Positions 1-14,029 of a stretch of 64,000 bases of DNA are shown here, piece after piece (the stretch's first letter is position 1; each line of letters opens with the position of its first letter). Position numbers and translations under genes: made by a program. The notes beneath the pieces were generated by a model. It searched no databases. It was not told the origin of the DNA and saw nothing but the letters and a program-made list of their open reading frames with translations. This DNA is from Octopus sinensis (lineage: Eukaryota). The stretch spans positions 86,118,001-86,182,000 of the forward strand of contig NC_043003.1 in NCBI RefSeq assembly GCF_006345805.1, given 5' to 3'.

Positions 1-330
1 CTTTTTGCATATGTGATTTTATTTTTGATCTACATAAACGAAGATATTACCTCCGTCTGTCTGCTTTTCTTTCTTCAAAACGAGAAGTTACTGCGAAGAA
101 CTATTATTTTAACGAGTTGTATTTATTTATCACCCGACGAGATACATCTGCACCGCCGGGTGCTCCTGAAACAGCTGTTGAGTGTCCCGCCCATGAGGAA
201 TCGATGCTAGATGTGTTGAAACAATTGATTAATAATAAATTCTCGTATATTCCTTCCGTCTTTCATTTGCCACATATATTCAATTTTCACCGACCAAATC
301 CACTCACAGCTTTGATCGCTCCAAAGCGAG

Positions 331-416
331 AGTAGAAAACACTTGTCCACGGTACTACGCAGTATGACTGAATCAGAACTATGTGGTTGGGAACGAAATT
401 TCTTACAAGACAGCCA
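331..416 (-). mobile_element. Degenerate 5' fragment of an abundant tRNA-derived SINE (same family as 2113-2590)
   Basis: Reverse complement resembles the head of the 2113 copy (ctgtgtggt.agaag...ccacatgg...agtcccactgcgtggcaccttgggcaag.gtcttctac). Confidence 0.55.
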
Positions 417-707
417 TACGCTGTGTATTTGTTATGCAAAGGAAGATATAACTCTATTGTAACTATTTAAGTTGCTTTATATTTTTCTCTCCCACCGTCT
501 CTATGTTTGTATATTTGCGTGCGTTTTTCCATATGCGAATGTGGAAAAATACGTCTTTGTGTCGTTCATGCTCATTTAACACATTTTTAATCTCTCCCTC
601 TCTCGCCCTATCTCTTACCCCACCTCTCTCTCTCTCTCTCTGTATGTGAATAGGGGACGGGTTTATGTGTGTTGAATCTACTTAATATATGTAATATTTC
701 TCTCTCC

Positions 708-738
<31 letters not shown>

Positions 739-2112
739 ACATTTTTATGCTTCTGCGAGCGCACATGGATGTGCATGCAGTGTACATGTGCATGTACGTC
801 TTGTGCATGTACGTGCATATTTGCCAAAAGTGCCCCCAAAAAAATGTCACCAAAGAAAATCCTCATCAAAAGTAGTTTAGTAGTACCTAGACATCTATGC
901 TGACTGACACCCTAACAGCTGCGCCCGGACCGCCAATCTCATTTTTATGCAAACCCTAAACAACGAAACGAAAGGTCGATTTTTGAGCAGGATTTGAACC
1001 CAGAGTACCTAGGTAAATAATCGAATATGTTTTTCCTACAGCTCTATTGCTTCTGCTATCTAATAATTATTTCTAACAATCAGTTATGGCCATAAATTTG
1101 TGGGCTTTTATCTTTTTATTTTCTTTTTATTTGGACAACAGCCATATAGGGAATCAATTACATCATATCCATCGACGCTGGAGAGATGAAAGTAAAGGTT
1201 AATCCCGGTGAGATTTGGACCCTGAACGAAGCGGGACGGAATTGGATACTTCGCATTTAGTTCGAAACTGGACTATTTAGGCTATTCATTTCTCCCATAA
1301 CCATAATCCGTTGTTGTTGTTGTTAGTATTATTATTATTATTATAATTTTATTGCTGTTCCTAACAATAACAACAACATAAAAGATCTATAGCGTTGTAC
1401 CAGTAATGGAAAGTACTTGAAAATATTTCCTCCCAACTGGATATTGAAAACAAGCAATAGAAGAATGCTTCCAATTATGGGCAAACGTGGTTCTCAAACA
1501 TACTATGACAAAATAGGAAGAAGAAAAACATGTATAAAATCATATGGAAAAAGAAAAACGAATGAAGGCTTCAAAGAAAAGTGAGTTAATGAGGCTATTT
1601 TTAAATATTACTAACTTGCTTGCTCGCATAACACTTGCATGTGTGATGCATTACATTCCGATTTTTTTCGCGTTTGGATTTTGGTTTGAAGTTTCAAATT
1701 GATAAAATTAATGAAAACAAATAAACATTGATTGGAAATACTTAACGTCTGAGATTTAAATATACACTTCATAAAGAAGAAAAAATATTTTACGAAACAT
1801 ATTACGCACAAAGAAATACATCATTATGTGTCATCTACTCAGCATATTGTGTATCAAGTATATCCATTCGGATTCTTTTTCCCGCCATTCTTACACTTTT
1901 AGTATATCATAGTGTAGTACAGATCTTAATGTTATCAAACCCGGTCTTCCTTTAGAGCGTTTATCGTTTATCTTTTGTTTTAGTATTACTTTTAAAATAC
2001 CCTGTGTTCTTAATGTCTAACCAAAATATTTTGGCTTCCTTTTTTAATAGCTGAGAGTACTTATCTTTTTGCATATGCTGGTAGCAGTTCACTAGTTTTA
2101 AACTTCTTGTAA

Positions 2113-2255
2113 CTGTGTGGTGAGAAGCTCACCACATGGCTCCGAGTTCAGTCCCACTGCGTGGCACCTTGGGCAAGCGTCTTCTACTATAGAGCCTCGG
2201 GCCGAACAAAGCCTTGTGAATTGATTTGGTAAAAAGAAACGAAAAGAACCCAGTC

Positions 2256-2311
<56 letters not shown>

Positions 2312-2590
2312 TATATATACGACTGGGTTCTTTTCGTTTATATATATATGTGTGTCTGTGTGCGTGTGTGTGTATGACTTTATATCTATGTTTGTCCCCT
2401 CACCATTGCTTGACAACCGATGTTGGTATATTTACATCTCCGTAACGTAGCGCATCGGCATAAGAAGCTGGTAAAATAAGTACTAGACTTACAAAGAATA
2501 AGTCTTGGGGTCGATTTTTATCGACTAAACCCTTTAAGGCGGTGCTCCAGGATGACTGCAGTAAAAATGATTGAAACAAATAAAAGAATA
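2113..2590 (+). mobile_element. Full-length octopus-type SINE with internal (TA)n/(TG)n tract
   Basis: tRNA-like head with B-box-like GAGTTCAGTCCC, central microsatellite, and 3' tail (taagtactagacttacaaagaataagtc...ggcggtgctccag). The tail recurs at 12590-12710 and 27020-27105. Confidence 0.8.
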
Positions 2591-2699
2591 TCCATATTGC
2601 AAAAGCTCTTATTTTGTAAGATAATGTTTTCATGAATGTCCATATCTCAGAGATATATTATAGTGTGGACTATATATAACATTCACACAGCCATTTTCG

Positions 2700-3200
2700 T
2701 TTTTATATGTTTATATGTGGTGTCAAAGCTTGCGACGTTTTTTCAAATGTTTTCTTTGTAATTGCTATTGTTCGTCTAATATCAGTTTCACTTTTATTAT
2801 TTTCAGACTGCATAAAACCAATCCAGACCATGATCGAAATTTGTTCTATTGGTGTTATATTTACGGTTATATTGGCATCAGGACGTTTTACTATAATTTT
2901 CGTCGTTTTAGCATATACTTACATTCGATTTGGTTCTCTCTTTTCATTGACTACGTTGGCCAATTGCTGCAATTCGTTTGTGCTCAGTGTTAATAATGCG
3001 GTATCATTTATAAACTAGTTCTTGTTAAGACTGACTCGCCCAATTATAATTCCAGACATTTCTTCAACATCTCAGAATATTTAGGCGTATAATTTGAAGA
3101 GACACGAAGATAACACGCATACTTGTCTCTTTTCTTTATTTTAAACTCTGATGTTCTGTTCTTAAATGAAAATGTCCAGACGCCACCAAATCTAGACATA
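2700..3200 (-). pseudogene. Degenerate RTE-clade LINE reverse transcriptase fragment
   Basis: Manual minus-strand translation GIIIGRVSLNKN*FINDTALLTLSTNELQQLANVVNE...KTTKII...IEQI...ETDIRRTIAITKKTF matches the RTE pattern YADDT-L-A-S--ELQ / KTK-M / EI-RRI-IAK--F. Confidence 0.6.
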
Positions 3201-5155
3201 AAAAGTATATTTAACACGCATATCCTAATTAGTCTGGAAATTGAATGTAATGAGGCTGGTAATAACCCTATAAACGGTGCAGTACTAATGCCACAAAGTC
3301 TTATCCTAATGCATGAAAATGAACTTGGAAAAAAAAAGAACATAAACATAAAAACTCCAGATACGCTCCATGAGCAGGCAGAAGTATAAGCACCTATTTA
3401 AGAAGCCTTTCTAATTATAAGCAAAGTAAGCACAATTTATTAAACAAGGTATTCATAATAGTAAATCTATAAAAAAAGAAACAAAACAGCAACAATTTTC
3501 TTTCAAACACCGCAGATTTAAACATCAACATATAACTACTGCATAAATTTAATTCATATTACCTAATTTGTAGAACCGAGACACCATCTCTGAAATAGGC
3601 AGTTTTCCGATCAAAGTCGTTAACTGTTCTAACCTAGATAGGCACAAAAGTGACCTAAAGTTTTCAGGTTCAAACTCATGGTCTCGTGACATTAACATAT
3701 ACTACTGTCATACACTCAAATACACACGCACACAGACTCACACACACACGAATGCACACATATACGTGTCTATGTGTGTGTTGCGAATGCACATATATGC
3801 GTGGTGCACACGCGCATGTACGTTTAGTCACGAGGTTGTATTGGCAAAAATCTTTTATTGAAAAAACTTTTTCAGAGAAGACGACACGCACTTAAGAGAA
3901 AATGTATTGTGTATTGAGGCCAGGTCATTACATTCAGTTTCATTATTTTAATTACTGATAGAAATCATCAGAAGGTGATTAGTGATAAAAGCTATGACGT
4001 GGCAGGTTTATATATATATATATATATATATGTACATGTGTGTGTGTGTGTGCTAAATAAAAGTAGACAACAAAAGCAAGGCAATGTGAAATTTCTAGGA
4101 CATTTATAAAAAGAAAAGTAGTCTCACAGCTGTTTCAGGGATATGGGGGATATTCCTTCATTAGAGACGATGAGAAAGTTAAATAGATGGAAATAGTAGA
4201 GTTCAATATGAGAAGTTATTTTTGGAAAGGGAGAGATATAGAAAATAAAAAGGGAAACAAGAGAATAAAAACAAAAAAGAAATGTCTTGAATGTTACAGT
4301 TTCAGCTCCATTATCCACCGAAAGTGTTGTGTAGAAAAGCTTCTTGTTCTTTCGTTTTCTCTTCCTCTGCCTTTTTTTCTTTCTTTCGTATTTCCTCCCC
4401 TATTCCTTTTGACCAATACCATTCTCCTCCCTCTAACTTACATATCTCTTCTCTTCTATCTATCTACATACATGTACCAGTACTTTCTCAAAATGTTATT
4501 CACATTACAAGAGCCATTGGATGAACAGCACGTGGAATTAATGTCTCCAAACTATCCATTTGTAATACTAAAATATGAACTCCTATCGGAATTTACATAC
4601 CATGGACGAGAAGCTATTCTACCCATCCTACAAAACACTTTTCTTGGATAATGGAACTACAACTGTGACATCCAACATATATTTATATTTTTTCTCTTAT
4701 TTCTCTTTATACGCCTATATCTATCCCCTTCAAAAAAAACCCTCTTATATTGAACTCTACTATGTCCCTCTATTTAACTCTTTCATATCGTCTCTGATAA
4801 AGGGATATCCCTCATATCCCCCAAAACAGCGGTAAGACTACCTTTCTCTTAATACATATCCTAGAAATTTCCCACTCTCTTGGCTTTATTGACTCATTTT
4901 ATTTAACATATACATGCGACCCGCATTAGACTCCTAACTCTTACTATTATCGAACCGGTAGTCTTACTATGGTCCTTCCACCGTATCACTTACATAGCTT
5001 TACCTGCCATTTTGGGTCTTCTGGTTACCAAAACCTCACAGACACATATATAAATATATATGTATGTATTTATTTATATGTATATTTATTTATATATATA
5101 CGTATATTTATATGTATATTTATTTATATATATACGTATGTGTGTGTGTGTGTGA

Positions 5156-5215
<60 letters not shown>

Positions 5216-5696
5216 GTCCAAAAATAAAGACAATACAAAGATGAGATGAAGTAACAACAATTGGGATTTGTTTAGTGAAATGGTCAAGGCATTTCAGCAT
5301 GCTTTGACTGTCTAACTCAAACACCTTTGTCTCCCTCTCTTATTCTCTCTTCAGCTTTCTTTTCTATAGATGGACGTAGGTTCGAAACGTTAAAGACTCC
5401 TCCCATGTTTCCTGAGCATCAACCAAATACACCCTATTTGTTTTTTTTTTTTTGTCACCTCGTCTCTGTGTTCTTTATGTTCGGTCAATATCATACGCTC
5501 ACGTGATCGCCCCAGGTTATCCTTCCTGGCTGAATCACCTCAGCCGCCGGACTCTCATGTATATTTGACCTAGTTCTTGAAATATTGCCACAACTCAAAG
5601 ATTACCTTACCACTGCACGCCACACAAGATTGCCACTTGAACTTTATACCACTTAGACTACTATGTTTCTAGATCTTACTGTGCACTGTCATTATC

Positions 5697-6043
<347 letters not shown>

Positions 6044-7098
6044 GCCTGTGTCTCAGTCTATAGATAGATACACGCATATATAAGAGAATGTACAGATGTT
6101 TTATTCCTAAAGTTATAAATCTGGAGCTAAAGAAGTGTTAAATTACAACAATTTATTGTTCTTCGGTAAACATGTTTCTTCCTTTCGTAACGTTTCAGTT
6201 TATGTTTGCGCAAGGCCCCTGCTTGACTATATAATTTAAATAAGAATAGGGACAACAACAGAGATAAATTGAATATCTAGCAGTCACAAAATATGAATGA
6301 TACAGAAAGAGGGACCATGAAGTAGAAAAAGAAGAAAAAAACATTTTCAAAGATAAAACAAAAAAGGAACGAACACCTTGCAAGATCAGTAACAGCAATA
6401 TAATATAAAATAACAATTTATAACATTATTAAAGAGATATCACATAAATAATAACTTGACAAACAAAATACTGTTATCTAAAAACATAATGGCAAATCGG
6501 TCACATTTTGTTTGCAGTAAACCATCTGATGATCAACAACGTGTCAATTTATATTTACGCAACGTCCAAGCTTGACTATTGAATTCAAAGAAGAAAAATA
6601 TTTCAAGAGGAATATTGGAATGTATACGTAACCATTACCGTGTATATCTAGTCTTCAAATAGGTGTATATCTATTACAGGGAATTAAATAAAACTTACAA
6701 AAGCTTAAAGTAAATAAAAGCGCATGAATTACCTTCATTTGTTTTTTCTTTAAGGCACAACATTCAGAATTATTTTTACCTTATCTTCGGTATCTTCAGA
6801 ATATTCTGAGTGCTGCGAACCGAAACAAAACGTGTGTATATGCAGAATTAAGGAATGGAGGGTAATCTACTGCCATGATTCTTCCATTCTACTCTGCGGT
6901 CCAGAGCTTAGTTTTGTAGTTATTTGAAAATAAATTTAATACTGAGCAAAACCGAAAATAGAAGCGGTAAAAAGAAATTTACATTTGTGTGCCCTGAGAA
7001 CGAACGGAATAAGTACTTTCTATGCTTCTATCCAGTTTAAATGGTTGTTCAGCTGATTTACATCTCTTTGAAAACTATACACAGCTTTGACTATGATT

Positions 7099-7312
7099 GG
7101 TTTTAAATTTTGGCACAAGGACAGTAATTTTAGGGGAGAGGTAAACCGGTTACATCGGCCCCAGTGCTCAGCTGGTGCTTATTTTATTGACCACGAAAGG
7201 ATGAAAGGTAAAATCGACCTCGGTGGAATTTGAACTCAGAATTTAAAGACGAACGAAATGCTGCTAAGCATTTTGCCCGACGTTGTAACGATTCTGCCAA
7301 GCTCGCCACCTT
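7099..7312 (-). mobile_element. Octopus-type tRNA-derived SINE (second family)
   Basis: Minus strand reads taaggtggcgagcttggcagaatcgtt...gagttcaaattccacc (A/B-box-like). More decayed copies near 1170-1250, 9655-9780, 43100-43190, 54260-54330 and 59570-59700. Confidence 0.75.
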
Positions 7313-8863
7313 ACAGTTTTGGTTATGATATTGACAAAAGCTATGCGTAGATGAAAAGTTATTTCTTCAATTGAAATTATTCTTGAATTCAAAGGCCTAA
7401 TAATGCAGATATTGTACAGAACTGTTCTGAAGAGACTCGAGAGGGAGTAACGTATGTATATAGAGGAAAAAGAATAACTTACTTAAAGAGAATTTATCGC
7501 TTAATTTTATGTTAATATATTATGGAATATATTCAACGATCGTAGTTATGCAGTTAAAAACGTTCTTTCTGTCACTTTGTTTTACAATTTAAGGCAACAG
7601 AACATACAAATAATCATTCGGTAGTATACAATATTGTTTCAACCTTTGCCAGTTGAAAGCATTTTCATAACTTCGCCTTAACTGTCCAAGTTGGTTTTCA
7701 GAATTTTAGCCATTGTTAACTCTTATTTCATGCATTCTGAGTAATAGTGAATTTTCTTTTCATAAGCTCGAATTTATTTCGTGGTTGAAAACATTGGGAA
7801 TGTGTATCATATATAATGCATAGATGCAAGGAAAATGTCCTGCATATTATATATGATACACAGGACAGGCAAGAATATATTGCGCCTATTTCATTAAAAC
7901 TTGAAAATATGAGTTTGTACCAAGTGAGACCTACTTTCTATTGAGGAATGTAAAGTGGTGCATATCATACAAAGTTGTGCTTAAGAGTGGCCACTCAACA
8001 AGGATTTGGAAGTGTCAAATGTATTCTAATTGATGCTGTGAAGGCGAAGGTCTGGACGAAAGAGATGACTTCTTGTTTTTTACGGAGAGTGGAGTTTGGT
8101 GATTCGGCATTCACGGTAGGATCGAGTAAGGTGTGATGGAAAATATCACAAGACGAAGGAATCATTCTTGAACCTGATTCTCCTAGGTGTTCCGTAAATC
8201 AACCCACGAAACATCAGTCAGTACGTTCGATATATAGAGTTTTACAGAGGAAGTAAACAAAAAACAAACACACAAACAAAAAACGCACTAATGAATACAT
8301 ATATGCACATACTAAAAATAACTACAATTACAAACACAGCGCAACAGAAACATGAAACATACATTCAAAACATTTCCAAATATACACCTAATCTCATTCC
8401 AAATCATCCAATACATATGTCATATGCACTTATACAATCACTTAACACTACTTTCACAAGTTACGCATTGCAATATAAATAGTCTAACTAGAATCTCAAT
8501 ACAAATTTACACAGGTTGACTGTAAAATATGCATTTTGTTCATGACACTAAAATCAACGCACAGATAGCAAATGTAACTCTCTAAAGATTCTGCCAGCTC
8601 ACAGCCAAATACATTATTCCAAAATATTGACGGTTACAGAAACAAATGAAATACGTGGCAGTCATAAAACATGAAAGATATAGAAGCAGAAAACATGAAG
8701 AAGGAAAAGAACTATAGTAAAAAAAACACTCCTACAAAATCAGAATCAGTAATATTACTAACTAAACATATGGTAAGCCGGTCCCATGTTACTTGCATGA
8801 AAACCAGCCTCGGGATCAACAACACGTCAGTTAAATGAATAGAGATGACCACGTTTGAGACAA

Positions 8864-8865
<2 letters not shown>

Positions 8866-8933
<68 letters not shown>

Positions 8934-9078
8934 CATATATATATATATATGTATGTATGTATGTATTATGTATGTATGTATGTATGTATGTATGTATGTA
9001 TGTATGTATGCATGTATGTATGTATGTATGTATGTATGTATATATGTATGTATGTATGTATTATGTAAATATGTATGT
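8866..9078. repeat. Compound (TA)n/(TATG)n microsatellite
   Basis: Direct reading. Source of the YI/MYVC ORFs. Confidence 0.95.
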
Positions 9079-10172
9079 CCAAATAGTTGAAGCTCCGATA
9101 CATAGTAAAAAATTGAAAATTCACATTCGTGCAATGCAAGGAATCAGCGCGTATTCGATAAAAGGATGAATGACAGCCTTTTACAAATCAATAAACGCAT
9201 TCACAGTAGGCACTAAGCATCAGATGCGCCAGTGCCATTTCCATAACACTTATGCTTCTTATGAGGTCGGCGGCTATGCAAAACAGATGGACATATTCTG
9301 GAAAAAAAAAGACTAAGCATTCGGAGAACATGAATACAGAGAAAACATACCCTCTATATATTTTCATTACACCTGACTGTTATTCCTGGCATGTTGTCAT
9401 TGATACCCAGTAAAAGAGAATTATTGATAGAAACTATACAGTATCGATCAAATTGTAAACCCAAAAGCTTTCACAAAAAGATCCTCTATTTTATTGTGTG
9501 CAATTATAACTGGATGCCATTTTTTTCCATCTCAGTACCTTTGATGTAGATGACAAGAAATAAAAACAAATAGCTTTTCATTGTGTTACCAGAAAGGAAA
9601 CAGCATCATAAAAGGATATTTGTAGAGTGATAGAAAATATTGATTTTTTTAATAGGCACAAAGCCTGTTGTCGTGAGAAAGTAATCACTGGCGGCTGGAT
9701 TACTCCAGGATACTAATAGGACTTATTTTATTGACCCGGGATAAATGAATGAGTAATTGGAACTTAGATATAGAGAGCCTACAACAAAATGTTGAAACAA
9801 ATATAGCTCAGTGCTCTTTTGTTAATAAAATGCATTGTTCTTGAACATATGCTTTCGACAAAATAGGTTGCTAGCATTTGAAGTTCTGTCTTCTTAGATG
9901 TATTCATCATTGTGCAACAGTTACAAAGCTTTCAGTTAAGTGCTCACGTGTCACTAAAATAAGAACAAATGATAAACACATGTAGTTCATGCTTAATTCT
10001 TGGAATTGTGAAATACTAAAAAGCTGAATGGAATTCAAAAGACAGGACATAATATCTATATCAATATCAATATGGTGACATTTGTGAAAATACGTTTCGG
10101 GGAACAGTAAAAGAAGAATAGTTTCTGTGATTGTTTCGTTCCAAAGGATTTTTCATGAACTCAAGAAGGGAG

Positions 10173-10243
<71 letters not shown>

Positions 10244-10479
10244 ACATGCATTACATTTGTACTTCATCTATAACTTTAATAAATTCTGTTCCAAATATCA
10301 AGCTATCTTTTTAAAGAAATAGATGTTAGTTGTTATCGAATTCACGGGGGGAGGGGGAGTAGTGTGAACTAGTAATACTAGAAGTTTGAATTAATGTATA
10401 TACACACAAACATATGTAATATACATACACACATACGTACATACATACATACATAATTATACACACACACATACATATA

Positions 10480-11234
10480 AGCAAAATATTTGTAAAATCT
10501 CAAGAGATAGAGTAGTTACTATACTAAACAGTAAAGTCAGTTGCCACATCAAATTAGCTGTTGAACGTTACTACTAGTTTAACCCCAGGCAGATTCTCCA
10601 CCAGCTGGTTATCGGCGTGATACTCTGCACACTTTATATCAAATAGATAGCAGCTAACTAGATAGCGAGACTAACAATATATCGTAAACACAGTGACCAT
10701 CAGTCACTGACCCGTAACAAGCAAAATAGATAGTTGTAAAATCTCAGGAAGAGATAAAGTAGTAACTATACTAAATAGTAGAGTGTCGCACCGATAATCA
10801 GCTAGCGGAGAATCTGGTTGGGATTAAACTAGTAGTAACTTTCAACAGCCACTTTGATGTAGCGACTGACTTTAGTGTATAGTAGAGTTATCATTCTATG
10901 TCTTCGTGAGATTTTACTAGTTATTTTACTTGTTGCAAATCAGTGACTGATGGACACTTTGTTTACAATATGTTGTTACCAGTAGCGGACTCTTACTATC
11001 GCTCTGGTATGCAGGTACTCGCGGCTGAGGATGAGCCAAACAGCACGAAACTGTGTCAGTCTCGCAGTCTTGTTAGCTGCTCGAGGATGATAGATGTCCG
11101 CTCTCCCTGCTGGCAATGTATTGTATATAAAGGGTGCAGAGAGTCACTCTGATAACCAGGTGGCGGAGAATCTGCCTGGGGTTAAACTAGTACTAACATT
11201 CAACAGCCAATTTGATGTAGCGAATGACTTTACT

Positions 11235-11237
<3 letters not shown>
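10480..11237. mobile_element. Cluster of a 358-bp hammerhead-containing repeat (family B): about 1.3 tandem units on + (10780-11237) and an inverted HHR-less partial array on - (10480-10780)
   Basis: Motif gataa.cag.t.gcggagaatctg at 10793 and 11151 (period 358) and reverse-complemented at ~10580-10615. Related copies at 37550-37865 and 45670-45960. Confidence 0.8.
11021..11065 (+). ncRNA. Type I hammerhead ribozyme motif (family B)
   Basis: gcgg-CTGAGGA-T-GAGC-caaaca-GCAC-GAAA-CTG-tgt-CAG-TC^-tcgc. One mismatch in stem II, GUC site after 11061. Confidence 0.7.
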
Positions 11238-11275
<38 letters not shown>

Positions 11276-11339
11276 TCTTTTTACTTGTTTCAGTCATTTT
11301 GACTGCGGCCATGCTGATGCACCGCCTTTATATATATAT

Positions 11340-11405
<66 letters not shown>

Positions 11406-11411
11406 TGTATG

Positions 11412-11470
<59 letters not shown>

Positions 11471-11963
11471 ATATACATTAGCAGAAATACCTTTTTCTGC
11501 TTCTTTAACTTGGAGTGTCTGCGTGTTTATATTACAGAGACAGTGTGTGAGAGAGAAACAGAGAGAGAGAGAGAGAGAAAAAGAGAGAGAGGGGGGGAGA
11601 GAGAAGGATAGGGGCAGATAACATTGCAAACAATGAATGAAATAAACATGATATGTAAAAATCGCATAAATAAAAGCTCGTTAAAACTGTCTTTTAACGA
11701 ATATTTAAATTTGTGAGCTTGAAATAATAAATAATATTAAAAGGTCGTTCAAAAAGGGAGTTTTCATGAAAACTCCAATTTACAGAAAACCTCGCTTGCT
11801 TAGTAAATATTTCTTTCAATAATTTATCGTGGTTGCGATATAACTGTAATTTAAACAAACTTTAAGGTATAGCGTGCTAGAAATAGCAGCAGTCGCATAG
11901 TTATTATTGTAAAGTTTATAGCGTTCCAAACAGTCATACTAAGAAAGTCCGGATGGCTCCTGT

Positions 11964-12560
11964 TCAAAGACAATCCGAAAACAGACAGGTATTGTAGTGA
12001 ATGACCGGTAGAGAGAATCGGCGCGAGACCGGGGTTTCATTGCCAGGTCTGATGTCTTGGAGGTACTCAGCGAATCGGTCAGCCAAGCGGCGTCCCGTTT
12101 GACCAATGTACAGTGAAGGGCAGAAAGAGCAGAAGATGCAGTAAATGACGTTGTTAGAAGTGCAGGTAAAGGAGTAGGTTATAAGATAGTAACGATGATG
12201 GGCTTCTGTGAGAATGGTGGTGTTGAAGAGGTAGGGAACAGAGGAAAGAGCCAGGTTGTGAAGTAGGGCTAGGGAAGAAGCTGTGGACCAGGAGGTCACG
12301 CAGGTTGTGGGCTCGTTTGAAGGAGGGAGTAGGTTGGGGAAGATATGTGAGGTGGAGGGGTCGCACTGAAGTCGCCAGAAGGCTTGGTGAATGGTGCGCT
12401 GGAGGGGCGGAGTGGAGGGGTGGTGAGGGGAAATGAGAGACGGGCAACGGCGGTGCGGGTGCGGGAAGAGAGAGAGAGCAGAGGCACGGTCCACGGAACA
12501 TGCTCTTGGAAGGGCTATGTGGGTAGAGGTGAAGGTATATCCACGAAGGATGAAGTGGCG
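11964..12560 (-). mobile_element. Penelope-like element 3' fragment (linker plus GIY-YIG endonuclease), Neptune-like
   Basis: AFWRLQCDPSTSHIFP, SFKRAHNLRDLLV, and FTCTSNNVIYCIFCSFCPSLYIGQTGRRLADRF (IY-x-CxxC-YIG), spread over shifted frames. Confidence 0.85.
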
Positions 12561-12589
12561 ACTCATGAGTTGTGATATAGTTGTTTGGC

Positions 12590-12710
12590 CAAAGAGATCG
12601 ATAGAATAAGTACTAGACTTATAAAGAATAAGCCCTGGGGTAGATTTCTTCATCTAAAACCCTTTAAGGCGGTGCTCCAGCATGACCGCAGTGAAATGAC
12701 TAAAAGAGTA
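12590..12710 (+). mobile_element. SINE 3' tail fragment
   Basis: Matches the tail of 2113-2590. Confidence 0.7.
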
Positions 12711-12754
12711 AATATGTGTGTGTGTGAGAGAAAGAGAGAAAGAGAGAGAGAGAG

Positions 12755-12806
<52 letters not shown>

Positions 12807-13869
12807 GATAAGAGTTCTGCTTTGAGCAGAACTTTAATTCCTTTTAAATATATGTATGAATTTAGAAAAATTTGTTCCGGCGTAAACCTACGGCAATATT
12901 TACAAGCATTATTTAAACAAGTATTATTTCATTGCTGGATAGGAATTAGAATGTGGAATAAGTATTCCTTTTAAAATAGACTACAAACGGGAAAGTTTCA
13001 ACTGAAATTATATGTTTTGAATGTCACGCTGTAACAAAACTAAAACCCAACTTTGATTTGAAAAGAATAAAGGCAATTAACATAAATAGTTTGAAATATA
13101 TGCGTTCAAGATCAAACAGAAGGAGTTATCAGCGATATGATCGCAGGCCCTTGTTCTTTGATAATGAAATTATAAATGATTATTTCAATAATTGCTTTAT
13201 ATCAACCAAAATCAGTCTTTAATAATATTGTCTTGAACATTATTTTTTGTAACAATTGTTATTTCAAATTGCAGAACGGTAGATTTAAAACGAATATTGC
13301 ATTGCATGCAATATGCGTAAAGAAAACAAAAAGAAAATTACTTACATCTGTTTCAGGCTTGTTAAATTTGCAAATGTGAAATTAAGCAGTTCACTGATTC
13401 GATTTCTTGCTAATGACCTAAAAAAAAAATAACAGATAAATAAATTTAATTTTCGTATTTCAAACATTTTGATATTAGATTGCCATTCTACAAAAATATT
13501 TATTCAAAATTTCCATTTTTATTATCATAATCAACAATTACATTTTGTTTAATTATATTCCTTGCTAAAATTCAATCAAACTTAGAGCAATTGTTTGTTA
13601 AACTGTTTTCGAGTCAGAGAATCGATTTGATAGAAAAATGATGAGATTCATGATAAGAAATTAAAAATCCATATTTTAGAATAAAATAATATATGAACTT
13701 AAAACGTTTATCATTGTAATATCTTAGATTTATATTATAGTAATTAGAAGATATACGTTCCAATAAGTTAGATAAATTTCGCACGTACACACACAAAAAC
13801 ACATAATAACTATATGAGTGGTTGTATGTACGTGTGTATATATATATATATATAATATATATATATATA

Positions 13870-13937
<68 letters not shown>

Positions 13938-14029
13938 ATATATATATATACGTGTATATATGTATGTATATTCTTCCTTGTGCCTGTGAAATCATGTATC
14001 CCTGCCGTAAGGCCTTACTTCCACACACG

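Noticed and set aside
2923-3330. Apparent minus-strand exons with gtaagt/gtatgc donors
   Set aside because: Better explained as a decayed RTE reverse transcriptase.
8712-9169. Many ORFs of YI, MYVC, HT or YLSI repeats here and across the window
   Set aside because: They are translations of (TA)n, (TATG)n, (CA)n and (TATC)n microsatellites, which lack stop codons.
10660-10690. Idea that the HHR-less inverted family B copy is cut exactly at the ribozyme site
   Set aside because: It resumes at AGTCTCGC, 4 nt before the predicted cleavage point, so an ordinary deletion is as likely.
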